Sequence record: MK599315.1
DNA length: 64,000 bases
Reading direction: 5' to 3' (one strand)
Under the pieces are notes generated by a model. That model had not been told where the DNA came from and ran no database searches. It saw only the letters and a list, made by a program, of their open reading frames with translations. Below are positions 47,404-56,492 of this stretch, piece by piece (position 1 is the stretch's first letter; each line of letters starts with the position of its first letter). The position numbers were made by a program, and so were the translations under genes.

Positions 47404-47636
47404 AGTGAAGCCCTTGAGTAAATTACATTTGTAGTTGACGGAATAAAGGTAGCCTTTCGGCTACCTTTACGGCTGTATCTGTGCTCACTCTTTTAGCTAG
47501 GTGTACTTAAACAGTACATTTACCAGAGCACATTTAGGAGGAGGGATAGATGAGAGGTTTAGTTCCTCTGGAGACTATACCTCCAATTGGAATAGACCTA
47601 AGTCTATTTAATGTTTCATAGACTTGTCCTTTCGAA

Positions 47637-47713
47637 TGGCGACTCCAGCCGGACTCGAACCGGCGACCTTCCGCGTGACAGGCGGATGTTCTAACCAACT
47701 GAACTATGGAGCC
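47637..47713 (-). tRNA. tRNA-Asp(GTC)
   Basis: Cloverleaf; anticodon arm TCCGC-CTGTCAC-GCGGA; encoded CCA. Confidence 0.97.
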
Positions 47714-47725
47714 TAATTTTTAAAC

Positions 47726-47801
<76 letters not shown>

Positions 47802-47867
47802 GAAATTTGAATTGAGTACTGGAATCTACATCACTGAATACTCTCGTATACTATTAGACACGAAGTA

Positions 47868-49436
47868 TTATTTTATTTCGTATTCGACTACGGGTGTTGT
47901 TTTGGATACATCACCACCAAATCGATAGACTCCATCGGATACAACTAACATCTCTTCATACGAAGAAATAGCTGGGAAAGTATCTCCGATTAGTTCTGGC
48001 TCTTTATTAAGTTGCACCAAAGCTAATCGTGTTCCGGAGTTATTCGTCACATAGATGTTATTACCGAATATGATTCCTCTATACGTCGAATATTTGTTGG
48101 CAGGCGCATTCAAAGGAATGACTTCAGTTGTACTAAAATCAGAACTAATCTTTACGTAGTCCGTTGGCGAGATGTTTGTCCCACCTATTGTTAATCTACC
48201 TTGAGATGCAACGATAACTAATTCACCATTATCGTTAAATCCTAAATTATGATGCCATAATTCAATTGGTAGAACATCAGCAATCATGCCGATTTCATAT
48301 GTCGTAAGGTTAACTGTTATAATGTTCTTATGGATTTTATCACTGCGCCCAGAGAAACCACCAACAATGTACAGTATATCGTCTTTAACTATACTAGCTG
48401 TACGTTCGATGTAATATGCATCGACTAAACCTGGAATAGCAGCTAGCTTTTTAGTTTCCCATGTGTCTGTAGCTATCGTGTAAATATAAATAGTCGGACC
48501 AGTAGACAATGGGTTACCATGCAAAATCAACTTACCATTATTGTAAACCATATTGGTTGTAGTTGTCTCGCCTTGGAACGGAACTGTAGATGGTAACTTG
48601 GTCCATGTTTTAGTATCTCGGTCTAACCGATGTAAGTCGGACATGAAAGTAGTAGGTCCTGTTGTATATCCACAGGCCATGTAAATATCGTTGTTATCCA
48701 AATCATACGCGAGTACTGGCATCCCACGTTGCGGCGGTGGATTTACAGTCGACAATACAGAGGTAATACCTTTAAGTTCCTTTGGCGGAATATATTCAAG
48801 TACCGGTCGCCATCCACGATAACTAGTAGCTTCTGTTGGCGGATGACCATCGTAAATATAAAGGCCATTCTTTGCCTGAGGATGAGTTGTCGATGGTGAA
48901 AACTGTAGGTAATTACCATTGGTATTTCTATTAGCCGCCCAGTTATAACTTCCGTTTCCGGCGCCTATAAGTTGTTCATCTGTGTACTTTGCCCAACTTC
49001 CTTTAGTTGTAACATTGCCAAAAATATCCCACAATTCAGAACCTTCATTACCTTGAGTAGTGATATCCGAATAAGGATTTACTCCAGCATTCATTAGACG
49101 AACTTTAAACATATTCCCATCGATTACAATAACTTTACTACCATCTATTAAACCAGCCTCGTCAAGTTGGTTTGGACTAATGGAATGGAGAATAGCTGTC
49201 TTCGAATAATAAAGAATAACATTATTTCTAGATACTTTAATCCAACCAGCATCTGTATTTATAGTACCAATGGAGTCAAGCTCAACAAGTGTTCTTAACT
49301 GAGGGTAAGTTATAAACTTGTCGCTTGTCAACTCACCATACAGACCAAGTGTCGAATCACCTTGTTCAAAGGTAGATGGACCCGGTAGTTTATTTCCTGT
49401 AGCCTTAATGAGCGCAGACAATAATGATTCGAACAT
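47868..49436 (-). CDS. virion-family N-terminal domain fused to a kelch beta-propeller
   Basis: Starts MFESLL; GDSTLGLYG domain; C-terminal repeats (IYMACG, LYIVGG, VYRFGG). Confidence 0.75.
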   Translation of the reverse strand: MFESLLSALIKATGNKLPGPSTFEQGDSTLGLYGELTSDKFITYPQLRTLVELDSIGTINTDAGWIKVSRNNVILYYSKTAILHSISPNQLDEAGLIDGSKVIVIDGNMFKVRLMNAGVNPYSDITTQGNEGSELWDIFGNVTTKGSWAKYTDEQLIGAGNGSYNWAANRNTNGNYLQFSPSTTHPQAKNGLYIYDGHPPTEATSYRGWRPVLEYIPPKELKGITSVLSTVNPPPQRGMPVLAYDLDNNDIYMACGYTTGPTTFMSDLHRLDRDTKTWTKLPSTVPFQGETTTTNMVYNNGKLILHGNPLSTGPTIYIYTIATDTWETKKLAAIPGLVDAYYIERTASIVKDDILYIVGGFSGRSDKIHKNIITVNLTTYEIGMIADVLPIELWHHNLGFNDNGELVIVASQGRLTIGGTNISPTDYVKISSDFSTTEVIPLNAPANKYSTYRGIIFGNNIYVTNNSGTRLALVQLNKEPELIGDTFPAISSYEEMLVVSDGVYRFGGDVSKTTPVVEYEIK

Positions 49437-49600
49437 AATTTTATCCATTGAAAAGTGACTGTTTACAGAGGGGTGGCTGTATAGAACTTCACGTTCCTAC
49501 TCCCTTTCCGTCTAAGGCCTCCCCATTATAGGTACTTACCAAAAGACTAAATCATACAATTTGCAACATAAAGCCCGCCTTTCGGCAGGCCTTATTAAAA

Positions 49601-49686
49601 TGGTAGGAGCAGAGGGACTCGAACCCACAGTGCCTTACGACGGCTGGACCTAAACCAGCTGGCTATACCAATTCGCCTATGCTCCC
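49601..49686 (-). tRNA. tRNA-Leu(TAG)
   Basis: GCTGG-TTTAGGT-CCAGC, long variable arm, CCA. Confidence 0.96.
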
Positions 49687-49744
49687 ATGTAAAATAGCGC
49701 TTAACGCTAATTCTTACATATAATCACTATACCAGTATTTCTTT

Positions 49745-50683
49745 TCACGGGTTTTCTGGATCGTAAACCCACAGGTCATTATGATAGACACCATTTGTAT
49801 AACCGCCAGATAAATAAATCTTACCGTTATAAACTTCCATATTGGCGTAGAACCGAGTAGGCGGCATCTTACCAGGAGGAAGAATTATATTTGACCATGT
49901 GTCAGTTTCAATATCGTAAACACTGAAAATATGATCGTTATTAATAGTGTTAGGAGTAGAACTTGTACCAGATTGCCCACCGAATACATAGATCTTATTA
50001 TTAAGAGCTACGGCTGAATGTCTGTTCCTATTTACAAGACCATTCTTGTGGGCAGTCCATGTGTTGTTGTCGACATTATAACTTCTGAATGACGTAACTG
50101 ACGTATTAGCTGTTTCATAGCCACCTAACGTGTAGAGGCGTCGACCATGACTTGTTAAAGTCGCATAACGAATTTGATAAGGTGGTGTCAAGTTAGCTAC
50201 TGTGAAGTTATCGGTATTATAGCTCTTAAATTCATACATAATACCTTGTGCACCGTTACCACCAAATAGGTACACCTTATTATCAATAGCTGACATGCAA
50301 TGACTGTTACGTACGGCCAATCCACCATTAGAGCGTGTTACAGGTGTAATTGTCTCACCATCAATCGTAAACTCAATCATCGTGTTTGTATCAGCAGAAC
50401 CAGTGTATCCACCGAATACATAAAACTTGTTATCAACTAAACCACCAGCTGCACGTAAATTAACGTTTGCTCCTGCCGGTAGTTCTTTCCATTCGTCTGT
50501 TAAGAAATCATAGACGGATACAGTATTGAACGCGTTAGTGGTAGCACGTCTACCACCGAAGATATAAAGTTTGTCTCCTACGACAACAGAGGTTGACTGG
50601 TTTCTTCCGACGTCGGGTCCCTGTAGCTGAACCCAACCTTGCTTACTTTTATATTCCCCAATTCCTAACAATGCTTCAAACAT
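49745..50683 (-). CDS. kelch-repeat beta-propeller protein
   Basis: Six repeats: KLYIFGG, KFYVFGG, KVYLFGG, RLYTLGG, KIYVFGG, KIYLSGG; starts MFEALL. Confidence 0.92.
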   Translation of the reverse strand: MFEALLGIGEYKSKQGWVQLQGPDVGRNQSTSVVVGDKLYIFGGRRATTNAFNTVSVYDFLTDEWKELPAGANVNLRAAGGLVDNKFYVFGGYTGSADTNTMIEFTIDGETITPVTRSNGGLAVRNSHCMSAIDNKVYLFGGNGAQGIMYEFKSYNTDNFTVANLTPPYQIRYATLTSHGRRLYTLGGYETANTSVTSFRSYNVDNNTWTAHKNGLVNRNRHSAVALNNKIYVFGGQSGTSSTPNTINNDHIFSVYDIETDTWSNIILPPGKMPPTRFYANMEVYNGKIYLSGGYTNGVYHNDLWVYDPENP

Positions 50684-50743
50684 AACGATTACCTTTCGTC
50701 AAAATCATAACATATAACCTCCCCGAAGGGAGGCTTTATGTTT

Positions 50744-50959
50744 TTAATCTTGATTAGCTAACCATTCTTTAAGAAGAGCAACGAAATTGACAGGCTCTTT
50801 TACAATTTGACCATTTCGACAAACTGGTACTTTTTCAATATTCGGGTCATCCATAATTGGTCGATACCATTCCTGGAATTTCTTATTCAGGTCCCGACTA
50901 AAAATTTCCGTAATGAGTGCGCCAAGTCCATCGTCTTGGAACGGAGCGGTTTCGTACAT
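50744..50959 (-). CDS. hypothetical protein
   Basis: GAGG RBS, ATG 50959. Confidence 0.65.
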   Translation of the reverse strand: MYETAPFQDDGLGALITEIFSRDLNKKFQEWYRPIMDDPNIEKVPVCRNGQIVKEPVNFVALLKEWLANQD

Positions 50960-51246
50960 TTTTGTTCCTCTGTAGTTATAGCAAGTTTTACAAGGGCTAG
51001 CCGGTTGGTTACCCAAGCTGTAATGAAATCTCCACGTGTAGTACAATCGTAGCTTACATGTGCTTGATATTCAGGATGGTTAATATTGAATTTATCTATG
51101 ACCTTAGACCGTAGATAGTCTTCTGCTGCTTTTGTTGACATCCCTTCTGTATTTGGGAATTCTTCTATAAGTAGCTCTGACAACATTTTATTTCTTGAAG
51201 CTAGGTCTATATCAGCCTCAGTATGACATGGCATGAAAGCTGTCAT
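50887..51246 (-). CDS. hypothetical protein (3' end uncertain)
   Basis: GAGGT RBS; overlaps the next gene by 73 bp. Confidence 0.6.
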   Translation of the reverse strand: MTAFMPCHTEADIDLASRNKMLSELLIEEFPNTEGMSTKAAEDYLRSKVIDKFNINHPEYQAHVSYDCTTRGDFITAWVTNRLALVKLAITTEEQKCTKPLRSKTMDLAHSLRKFLVGT

Positions 51247-51594
51247 GATTACCTCTTTACATCCTTTGACATACTGTTATATAGCCCAGTATAAAACGAC
51301 ATAAAACTCTCCTTATCGGAGAGTCGTATATCGGACATTAAAACCAGTCTCTTTTTGATCGTAATGTCCATCGTGAGGTGACAGTTAGTGGAACTGAAGA
51401 GACACCTTTCGGTATGGGCGGCCCATTCGACTTCCCTCAATCATCGGCTTGCCACTATTAGCCTTTGGTTTCCGGGTGCTATAAATGGTCACATCGAAAT
51501 ACTACAGTCTGCTGGACCTAATGTGAGATGTTTCTACAGGTAGCTTTCGATGAAGTAACTTTGTTCGTTACATATTGTAATCAACTGGGTATTA

Positions 51595-51741
51595 TTTTAA
51601 TCAAGCGTACAGAGTACACCGATTAAACGGAACGGGCAGGTCAAGACCCACCAAATAGCTTCGAACACAGCACCAATGATTTCACCAACTACATTGAGGG
51701 CTTGTCGCCCTTTATGCTGTTTTTCTTTTTTGTCATCAGTC
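51595..51741 (-). CDS. small membrane protein (not in ORF track); coordinates approximate
   Basis: MTDDKKEKQHKGRQALNVVGEIIGAVFEAIWWVLTCPFRLIGVLCTLD. Confidence 0.5.
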
Positions 51742-51745
51742 ATTA

Positions 51746-51916
51746 TTAACAAACCATAATTGGTACTTCAAGTCCATTGCGTTTGCAATGCTCTTCAAGT
51801 TTACGTTGAGCCTGGTTGAACTTAGCCAGTGTCTCAAGAGTTTTCTCTCGGTTGCCAGCAAGTTGTTCTGGAGTTTGATGAGCATGAATTGCTTTTATAT
51901 AAAGATTAGGAACCAT
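51746..51916 (-). CDS. small hypothetical protein (not in ORF track)
   Basis: MVPNLYIKAIHAHQTPEQLAGNREKTL...; packed between neighbouring genes. Confidence 0.55.
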   Translation of the reverse strand: MVPNLYIKAIHAHQTPEQLAGNREKTLETLAKFNQAQRKLEEHCKRNGLEVPIMVC

Positions 51917-51919
51917 AAG

Positions 51920-52456
51920 TCACCCGAAAGATTTACGTGCGTCGGCTTCATTGTCAAACAAACGACAACCCCAAATATAAGCTGCGTCTAGTTCAGCACG
52001 GAAACATTTCTTAACTTCCTCACTAGCTGTCTTCATGTAGTTGTCTACAGCATCTAAGAAAGAATAACCTTCAGCTTTACCTACAAAGCTGGCTATACTA
52101 GATTCGCCAGTAGCGCGATGTCCTTCTTGCCAAATTTCATATTCTTTCTTCTTAAGTACAGAATCACGCTGTTCTTCTAAGACTTTCATTACTTGATCAA
52201 AGTCTTCATAACCCATGCGACTGAGTCGAGCAATGAGACTTTGCTGTGCTTTACCATCTAACAAAGTCTCATGCATCTCTTTGGTAGCTTCTAGGTACAC
52301 GCCGTTTTGAAGGAGGATCAAGAAGTCATTAAACTTCATATATTCACCACCCTCGTTATCTAAGACCATCTTAGTCTCATTGACAGTGTCCTGTGGACTC
52401 AATAGAATCTTAGGCACTGCGGGCGACCAACGTTTAATCAAACTTAATGCTGACAT
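51920..52456 (-). CDS. hypothetical protein
   Basis: AAGGA RBS, ATG 52456; C-terminal WGCRLFDNEADARKSFG. Confidence 0.8.
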   Translation of the reverse strand: MSALSLIKRWSPAVPKILLSPQDTVNETKMVLDNEGGEYMKFNDFLILLQNGVYLEATKEMHETLLDGKAQQSLIARLSRMGYEDFDQVMKVLEEQRDSVLKKKEYEIWQEGHRATGESSIASFVGKAEGYSFLDAVDNYMKTASEEVKKCFRAELDAAYIWGCRLFDNEADARKSFG

Positions 52457-52518
52457 GTTATTTCCTTTTGTAATAGTTGACATAAAGCTCTCCCCGAAGG
52501 GAGAGCACTATGACGCAT

Positions 52519-52607
52519 TGGTGGAGAGGACTGGACTCGAACCAGTAATGCCCGATACGGACGGCTGATTTACAGTCAGCTGGGGTTACCAATTTTCCTA
52601 TCTCTCC
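52519..52607 (-). tRNA. tRNA-Tyr(GTA)
   Basis: GCTGA-CTGTAAA-TCAGC, long variable arm, CCA. Confidence 0.96.
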
Positions 52608-52653
52608 GAAATCTGGTATAGTCTTACATAGTATTACCATACCAGTATTTCTT

Positions 52654-54510
52654 TTATGGCCTATATGCGTAGAGCTCATTACCTTTCACACCGTTTGGTC
52701 TATTACCGCCAGCGATATATAAGGTATCAGCACATGCAGCCATCATAGCAGCATCGCCGTTTATAGGAATGTCGGGGAGTCTTGTCCACGCACCACTGAC
52801 TGTATCATATTCCCAGAAATCATTCAATCCAGTGCTTGGACTAGCGCCGCCACCTATATAAAGTTTATTATCAATCGCAGCTAATAGACAACCTACACGA
52901 GCAACAAAGCTGGCGGGTACGTTAGATATGGTAGACCATGTACCAGCGACCAAATCAAGAACACGAATGGTTTTAGTCATGGTGTTAGAACTAATCCAAC
53001 CACAGGCAATGTAAAGTTTATTATTCACAATAACCATTGCCGCTCTAGCCAATCCTTCTGGAGCAAGTTGGGGTAATTTATACCATTTGCTTCCAGCCGC
53101 AGCATCTAAACTATAACGATAAATAGCTCTATCGGTGCGTCCATCATCACCAAAAAGATAGGCATATCTACCAAAAGATGTCATGCAGTGGTTTGTTCGC
53201 CATGTGGGTGCGTTTGGTTCAGATATACTGTCACTCCACTTGTCTTCTAGATGGTTATAAGAATACAGATCTGGAGAATAGTTACTACCAGAGAAAATAA
53301 GAATCTGGTCAGCGACAGTTGTGGCTGCCGATTGATAACGTGCAGGAGGTTTAACTGGTCCTTCTTTCCACGTATCTGTAAATACATCGTAAATCAAGTT
53401 TGTATTCTTTACTGCACCATCACTACCAAACATAACAAACAGTTCTGAATAAGTACTTGCTACGGCTGCTTGTACCCTACCGCCAGGCATGTCTGCTTTT
53501 CTTACCCATGTTTTCTCTGGGACAGGTTCCCAGTTTTCGGGAGCACGTGATACCTTGTAGATTTCTTTTATTTTATTTGTTGTGCTAGTCCAGTTAGTAG
53601 AGAATGGTTCAGATGTACCACCGACAATATAAATATCATCTTTTAGTCCAATAACACCCGACATGTTTCGATATGATAATCCGGTATCCGATGAGCGTGC
53701 CCAAGATTTTTTGACTGGATTATAACGATGGAGGTATATTTTGTTACCTTGACCGAGGTTACCCCAGCCTGTATAGTTATAGTAACCTTCATCATCAATA
53801 AAACCACCATGCCATACATGGTGATATGCAGGGTCCATTGTCTGCCATAATTCCCATTGTTTGGAAATAAGATTAAATCGATGTATTCTTAGGTTCTGAT
53901 TATTTGCCCATCCACCCAAACAATAGATATAATCACCATGTCCAAAAATTGACATACCTGCTAATATCCCACCACCGACATCATCAAAACTTGGTAATCC
54001 TGGATAATTTTCAAGAGTCGCGCCAGTAAGTGGATTTAATTTATAGAATCCGGCTTTATAACTGGGTAAAACATATATGTCCCCTCTATGTTGACATACA
54101 GCATTCCCATACGACGTCTGTGGTAAACGTCCTGTTAACTCAACTGCACTAGTTAACCCAGGTAAATTCAATGCACCTGTCGTTGATAAAAGACCAGCTA
54201 AATTAGTAGAAAATTGGCCGCCTGGTATTAGCATTCTATTATTATAAATAGTTGCTCCATTGATGGAAATAGTTCTAGCATGGTTTCCACCAACAGTCAT
54301 CGACATATCGGACAGTTTAAATATTTCAGTTGCAGAGCGGATAGCCCCAGTAGAATCTTGACCACCAACTACATATAAGTTATCGTTATCCATCGCAACG
54401 ATTGGACCTGCAATACCCACTGGAAGGTCAGCTACCTTCTTGGTTCGCATATAAAAGGGTACATAAGGAGTCCTCTCCCTTGCACCAGTACTGAGTAATA
54501 TCTCGAACAT
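52654..54510 (-). CDS. double kelch beta-propeller protein (about 12 repeats)
   Basis: Repeats LYVVGG, IYCLGG, IYIVGG, LFVMFG, ILIFSG, AYLFG, LYIACG, LYIGGG, LYIAGG; starts MFEILL. Confidence 0.92.
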   Translation of the reverse strand: MFEILLSTGARERTPYVPFYMRTKKVADLPVGIAGPIVAMDNDNLYVVGGQDSTGAIRSATEIFKLSDMSMTVGGNHARTISINGATIYNNRMLIPGGQFSTNLAGLLSTTGALNLPGLTSAVELTGRLPQTSYGNAVCQHRGDIYVLPSYKAGFYKLNPLTGATLENYPGLPSFDDVGGGILAGMSIFGHGDYIYCLGGWANNQNLRIHRFNLISKQWELWQTMDPAYHHVWHGGFIDDEGYYNYTGWGNLGQGNKIYLHRYNPVKKSWARSSDTGLSYRNMSGVIGLKDDIYIVGGTSEPFSTNWTSTTNKIKEIYKVSRAPENWEPVPEKTWVRKADMPGGRVQAAVASTYSELFVMFGSDGAVKNTNLIYDVFTDTWKEGPVKPPARYQSAATTVADQILIFSGSNYSPDLYSYNHLEDKWSDSISEPNAPTWRTNHCMTSFGRYAYLFGDDGRTDRAIYRYSLDAAAGSKWYKLPQLAPEGLARAAMVIVNNKLYIACGWISSNTMTKTIRVLDLVAGTWSTISNVPASFVARVGCLLAAIDNKLYIGGGASPSTGLNDFWEYDTVSGAWTRLPDIPINGDAAMMAACADTLYIAGGNRPNGVKGNELYAYRP

Positions 54511-54576
54511 GTGCGTGCTCTCAGTCAGTATTATTGATTCATAAGATAACTGTAGTCTATAAATGACAACTACTCA

Positions 54577-55233
54577 TTACTTAGTTATTGTCAAATCAAT
54601 ATTCACTAAAGAGCCTTGTAGTTGAGGTTCATCTTTCTCTACAATATGAAAAGATGCTTTATTACCGTAAATACCTTTAAGAGCTTCTTCAAAGGCATAT
54701 ATCGATACATACGCCACATCCATATAAAAATTATATTTTATAATTTGTGGATTAGCTGTATATCCGGGTAATGCAGCTTGATCATTATTAACTGTGAACC
54801 ATAGCCCCTCACATACAACATGATTAATTCTTTCTAGCACTTTATTTAATTCGATAAGATCTGTTAATCGACCCACGTTTTTATCATCCCGAATTACTCT
54901 AGTAGCTTCTTCCTCAGTCAGAGGTAATACGATAACATGTTTACCTACATATTCTTGAAAATATGGCGTGGATGTTTCTATTGAAAATACGTTAGCGAAG
55001 CCAAAACCATCGTAATATGTATCTGGTGTTTCCCGATTCACGCCAATCGAGTCTAATAAGCTACCATACAAATACCCTTCGGCTATTACCTCATAGGACA
55101 CCAAAGTCCTAAAATATTTCTTACCCTCTTCGGGGAGGGGTCCCGCATGTGTTTTATGCCAAACGGTATCTATAACCTGGACTTTCATCAAATCAGGTAA
55201 TCCCAAAAACAGGCCTTTTGATCTATTCAACAT
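54577..55233 (-). CDS. hypothetical protein
   Basis: GGAG RBS, 218 aa. Confidence 0.75.
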   Translation of the reverse strand: MLNRSKGLFLGLPDLMKVQVIDTVWHKTHAGPLPEEGKKYFRTLVSYEVIAEGYLYGSLLDSIGVNRETPDTYYDGFGFANVFSIETSTPYFQEYVGKHVIVLPLTEEEATRVIRDDKNVGRLTDLIELNKVLERINHVVCEGLWFTVNNDQAALPGYTANPQIIKYNFYMDVAYVSIYAFEEALKGIYGNKASFHIVEKDEPQLQGSLVNIDLTITK

Positions 55234-55281
55234 TTTCAGTATCTCCTATAACTCCGATATTGGAGTATAACATCACGGCAT

Positions 55282-55308
55282 AAAAGAGTAGCCATTGGCT
55301 ACTCTTTT
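55282..55308 (-). terminator. terminator after the tRNA-Asn 3' fragment
   Basis: AAAAGAGTAGCC-ATT-GGCTACTCTTTT; near-duplicate at 55970-55993. Confidence 0.8.
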
Positions 55309-55313
55309 GAATT

Positions 55314-55348
55314 TGGCTCCGCGACCTGGACTCGAACCAGGGACCCAG
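55314..55348 (-). pseudogene. 3' half (positions about 42-76) of a disrupted tRNA-Asn
   Basis: CTGGGTC-CCTGG-TTCGAGT-CCAGG-TCGCGGA-G-CCA. Confidence 0.9.
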
Positions 55349-55359
55349 TATATTTTTTT

Positions 55360-55917
55360 TTATTGTGTGGGGACCAAGGTGCTAATACCCCCATTAGCAC
55401 CGACCCTAATAAACCTAGCCGGAATATTGATCTTGTATGCTCGGCACCATTTACGAATAGCGTTATCGGATACTCCATACTTCTCTCCTATATTTACAAG
55501 AGATAGCAATGTAACATCGAGGGCAAGTTGTTCTTTGGATGGTCGATCCACCTTACGACGACCTTTGGCAGAACACTCGGGGCTACAGAATGTTATCAGT
55601 CGGTGACTAATGACAATACCACAGCCAGCACAAAGCTTAGTTGGATAGTTCCTAGGATCAATACCGAGCCGTTTCATCCAACCATGTAACTTCATGTGTT
55701 GTGACTGAGGGAGAATCAATAAGTTCTCTGGATGGTTGTTAAGCTTATTCTCATCCAGATGATGAACTTCCTCGTCATCGTAAAGTGGTCTACCTAATGT
55801 GTCTTCTCCAACCACTCGATGTTCGTAAACCCATCCAAACATTTTAGGGTTAGCTATGGCTTGACGATGTTCGGGTAAATATAATGCCCTATAGCCGTTA
55901 ATTATTTTCTCTTTCAT
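55360..55917 (-). CDS. HNH homing endonuclease (HNH + CxxC/CSxxC zinc finger + HTH)
   Basis: YEHRVV...EVHHLDENKLNNHPENL...HMKLH; CAGC...CSPEC; IGEKYGVSDNAIRKW. Confidence 0.93.
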   Translation of the reverse strand: MKEKIINGYRALYLPEHRQAIANPKMFGWVYEHRVVGEDTLGRPLYDDEEVHHLDENKLNNHPENLLILPQSQHMKLHGWMKRLGIDPRNYPTKLCAGCGIVISHRLITFCSPECSAKGRRKVDRPSKEQLALDVTLLSLVNIGEKYGVSDNAIRKWCRAYKINIPARFIRVGANGGISTLVPTQ

Positions 55918-55969
55918 ATCGAACCTAGGATATATAAATAGATCGCTAGTTCGATCTATGTAACGGAAT

Positions 55970-55993
55970 AAAGAGTAGCCGGAGCTACTCTTT
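55970..55993 (-). terminator. terminator after the cassette-borne tRNA-Asn
   Basis: AAAGAGTAGC-CGGA-GCTACTCTTT. Confidence 0.75.
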
Positions 55994-55998
55994 GAAAT

Positions 55999-56085
55999 TG
56001 GCTGGTAAGGTAGGATTCGAACCTACGATGGGCTTTCGCCAACGGATTAACAGTCCGCCCCCTGCTACCGCTCGGGTACTTACCA
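55999..56085 (-). tRNA. tRNA-Asn(GTT) with long variable arm (class II-like body)
   Basis: TGGTAAG/CTTACCA acceptor stem, G73, GCGGA-CTGTTAA-TCCGT, variable stem GGC-GAAA-GCC, CCA. Confidence 0.93.
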
Positions 56086-56096
56086 AGAAAACTATC

Positions 56097-56130
56097 CAGT
56101 CGCTTGCTCTACCGACTGAGCTATCGCGGA
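56097..56130 (-). pseudogene. 5' half (positions 1-34) of a disrupted tRNA-Asn
   Basis: TCCGCGA-TA-GCTC-AGTCGGTA-GAGC-A-AGCGA-CTG; acceptor TCCGCGA pairs perfectly with TCGCGGA of the 55314-55348 fragment. Confidence 0.9.
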
Positions 56131-56492
56131 AGAATTATTAACAACTTCTTTCTTGTGGAAAAACCACAGGTAACTGAATTACAGTATTTCACTACATATT
56201 ATTACAATCTGAGTATTATTATTATTTCTTGTCATAACAAGAATGTAAATAACGTGTAGTTAACCTTATTATAAGTTATCGAAGTTACTAATTCTAACTA
56301 AAACGAACCACTATTACATCCGTACCAAAAGTATCTTCAACCCACTGGTTAAATTCTTTATCAGTGATACCACGTAGGTTCAAATTAAATAAAGAATTGT
56401 CAACAAGAATATATCGAACAGCTGAATTATAGTACTCTTAGATACCATAATCGTGTTAGATAATTATCTAAATAGTTATAAATATTATCATT

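Larger units (their letters stand above)
55349..56096 (-). mobile_element. HNH homing-endonuclease cassette carrying a replacement tRNA-Asn, inserted at the anticodon of the resident tRNA-Asn
   Basis: Flanked by complementary 5' and 3' tRNA halves; contains tRNA, terminator and HNH gene. Confidence 0.8.

Noticed and set aside
55349-56096. Group I intron in the tRNA-Asn anticodon loop
   Set aside because: Seven exon nucleotides (about positions 35-41) are missing, no P7/ribozyme core is visible, and the insert contains a full tRNA and a terminator, so splicing could not restore the tRNA.
56131-56492. Replication origin or ncRNA in the AT-rich gap
   Set aside because: No iterons or strong structure; the minus strand contains a broken reading frame (...AVRYILVDNSLFNLNLRGITDKEFNQWVEDTFG...) and a promoter motif, so it is more likely a decayed or mis-sequenced small gene.
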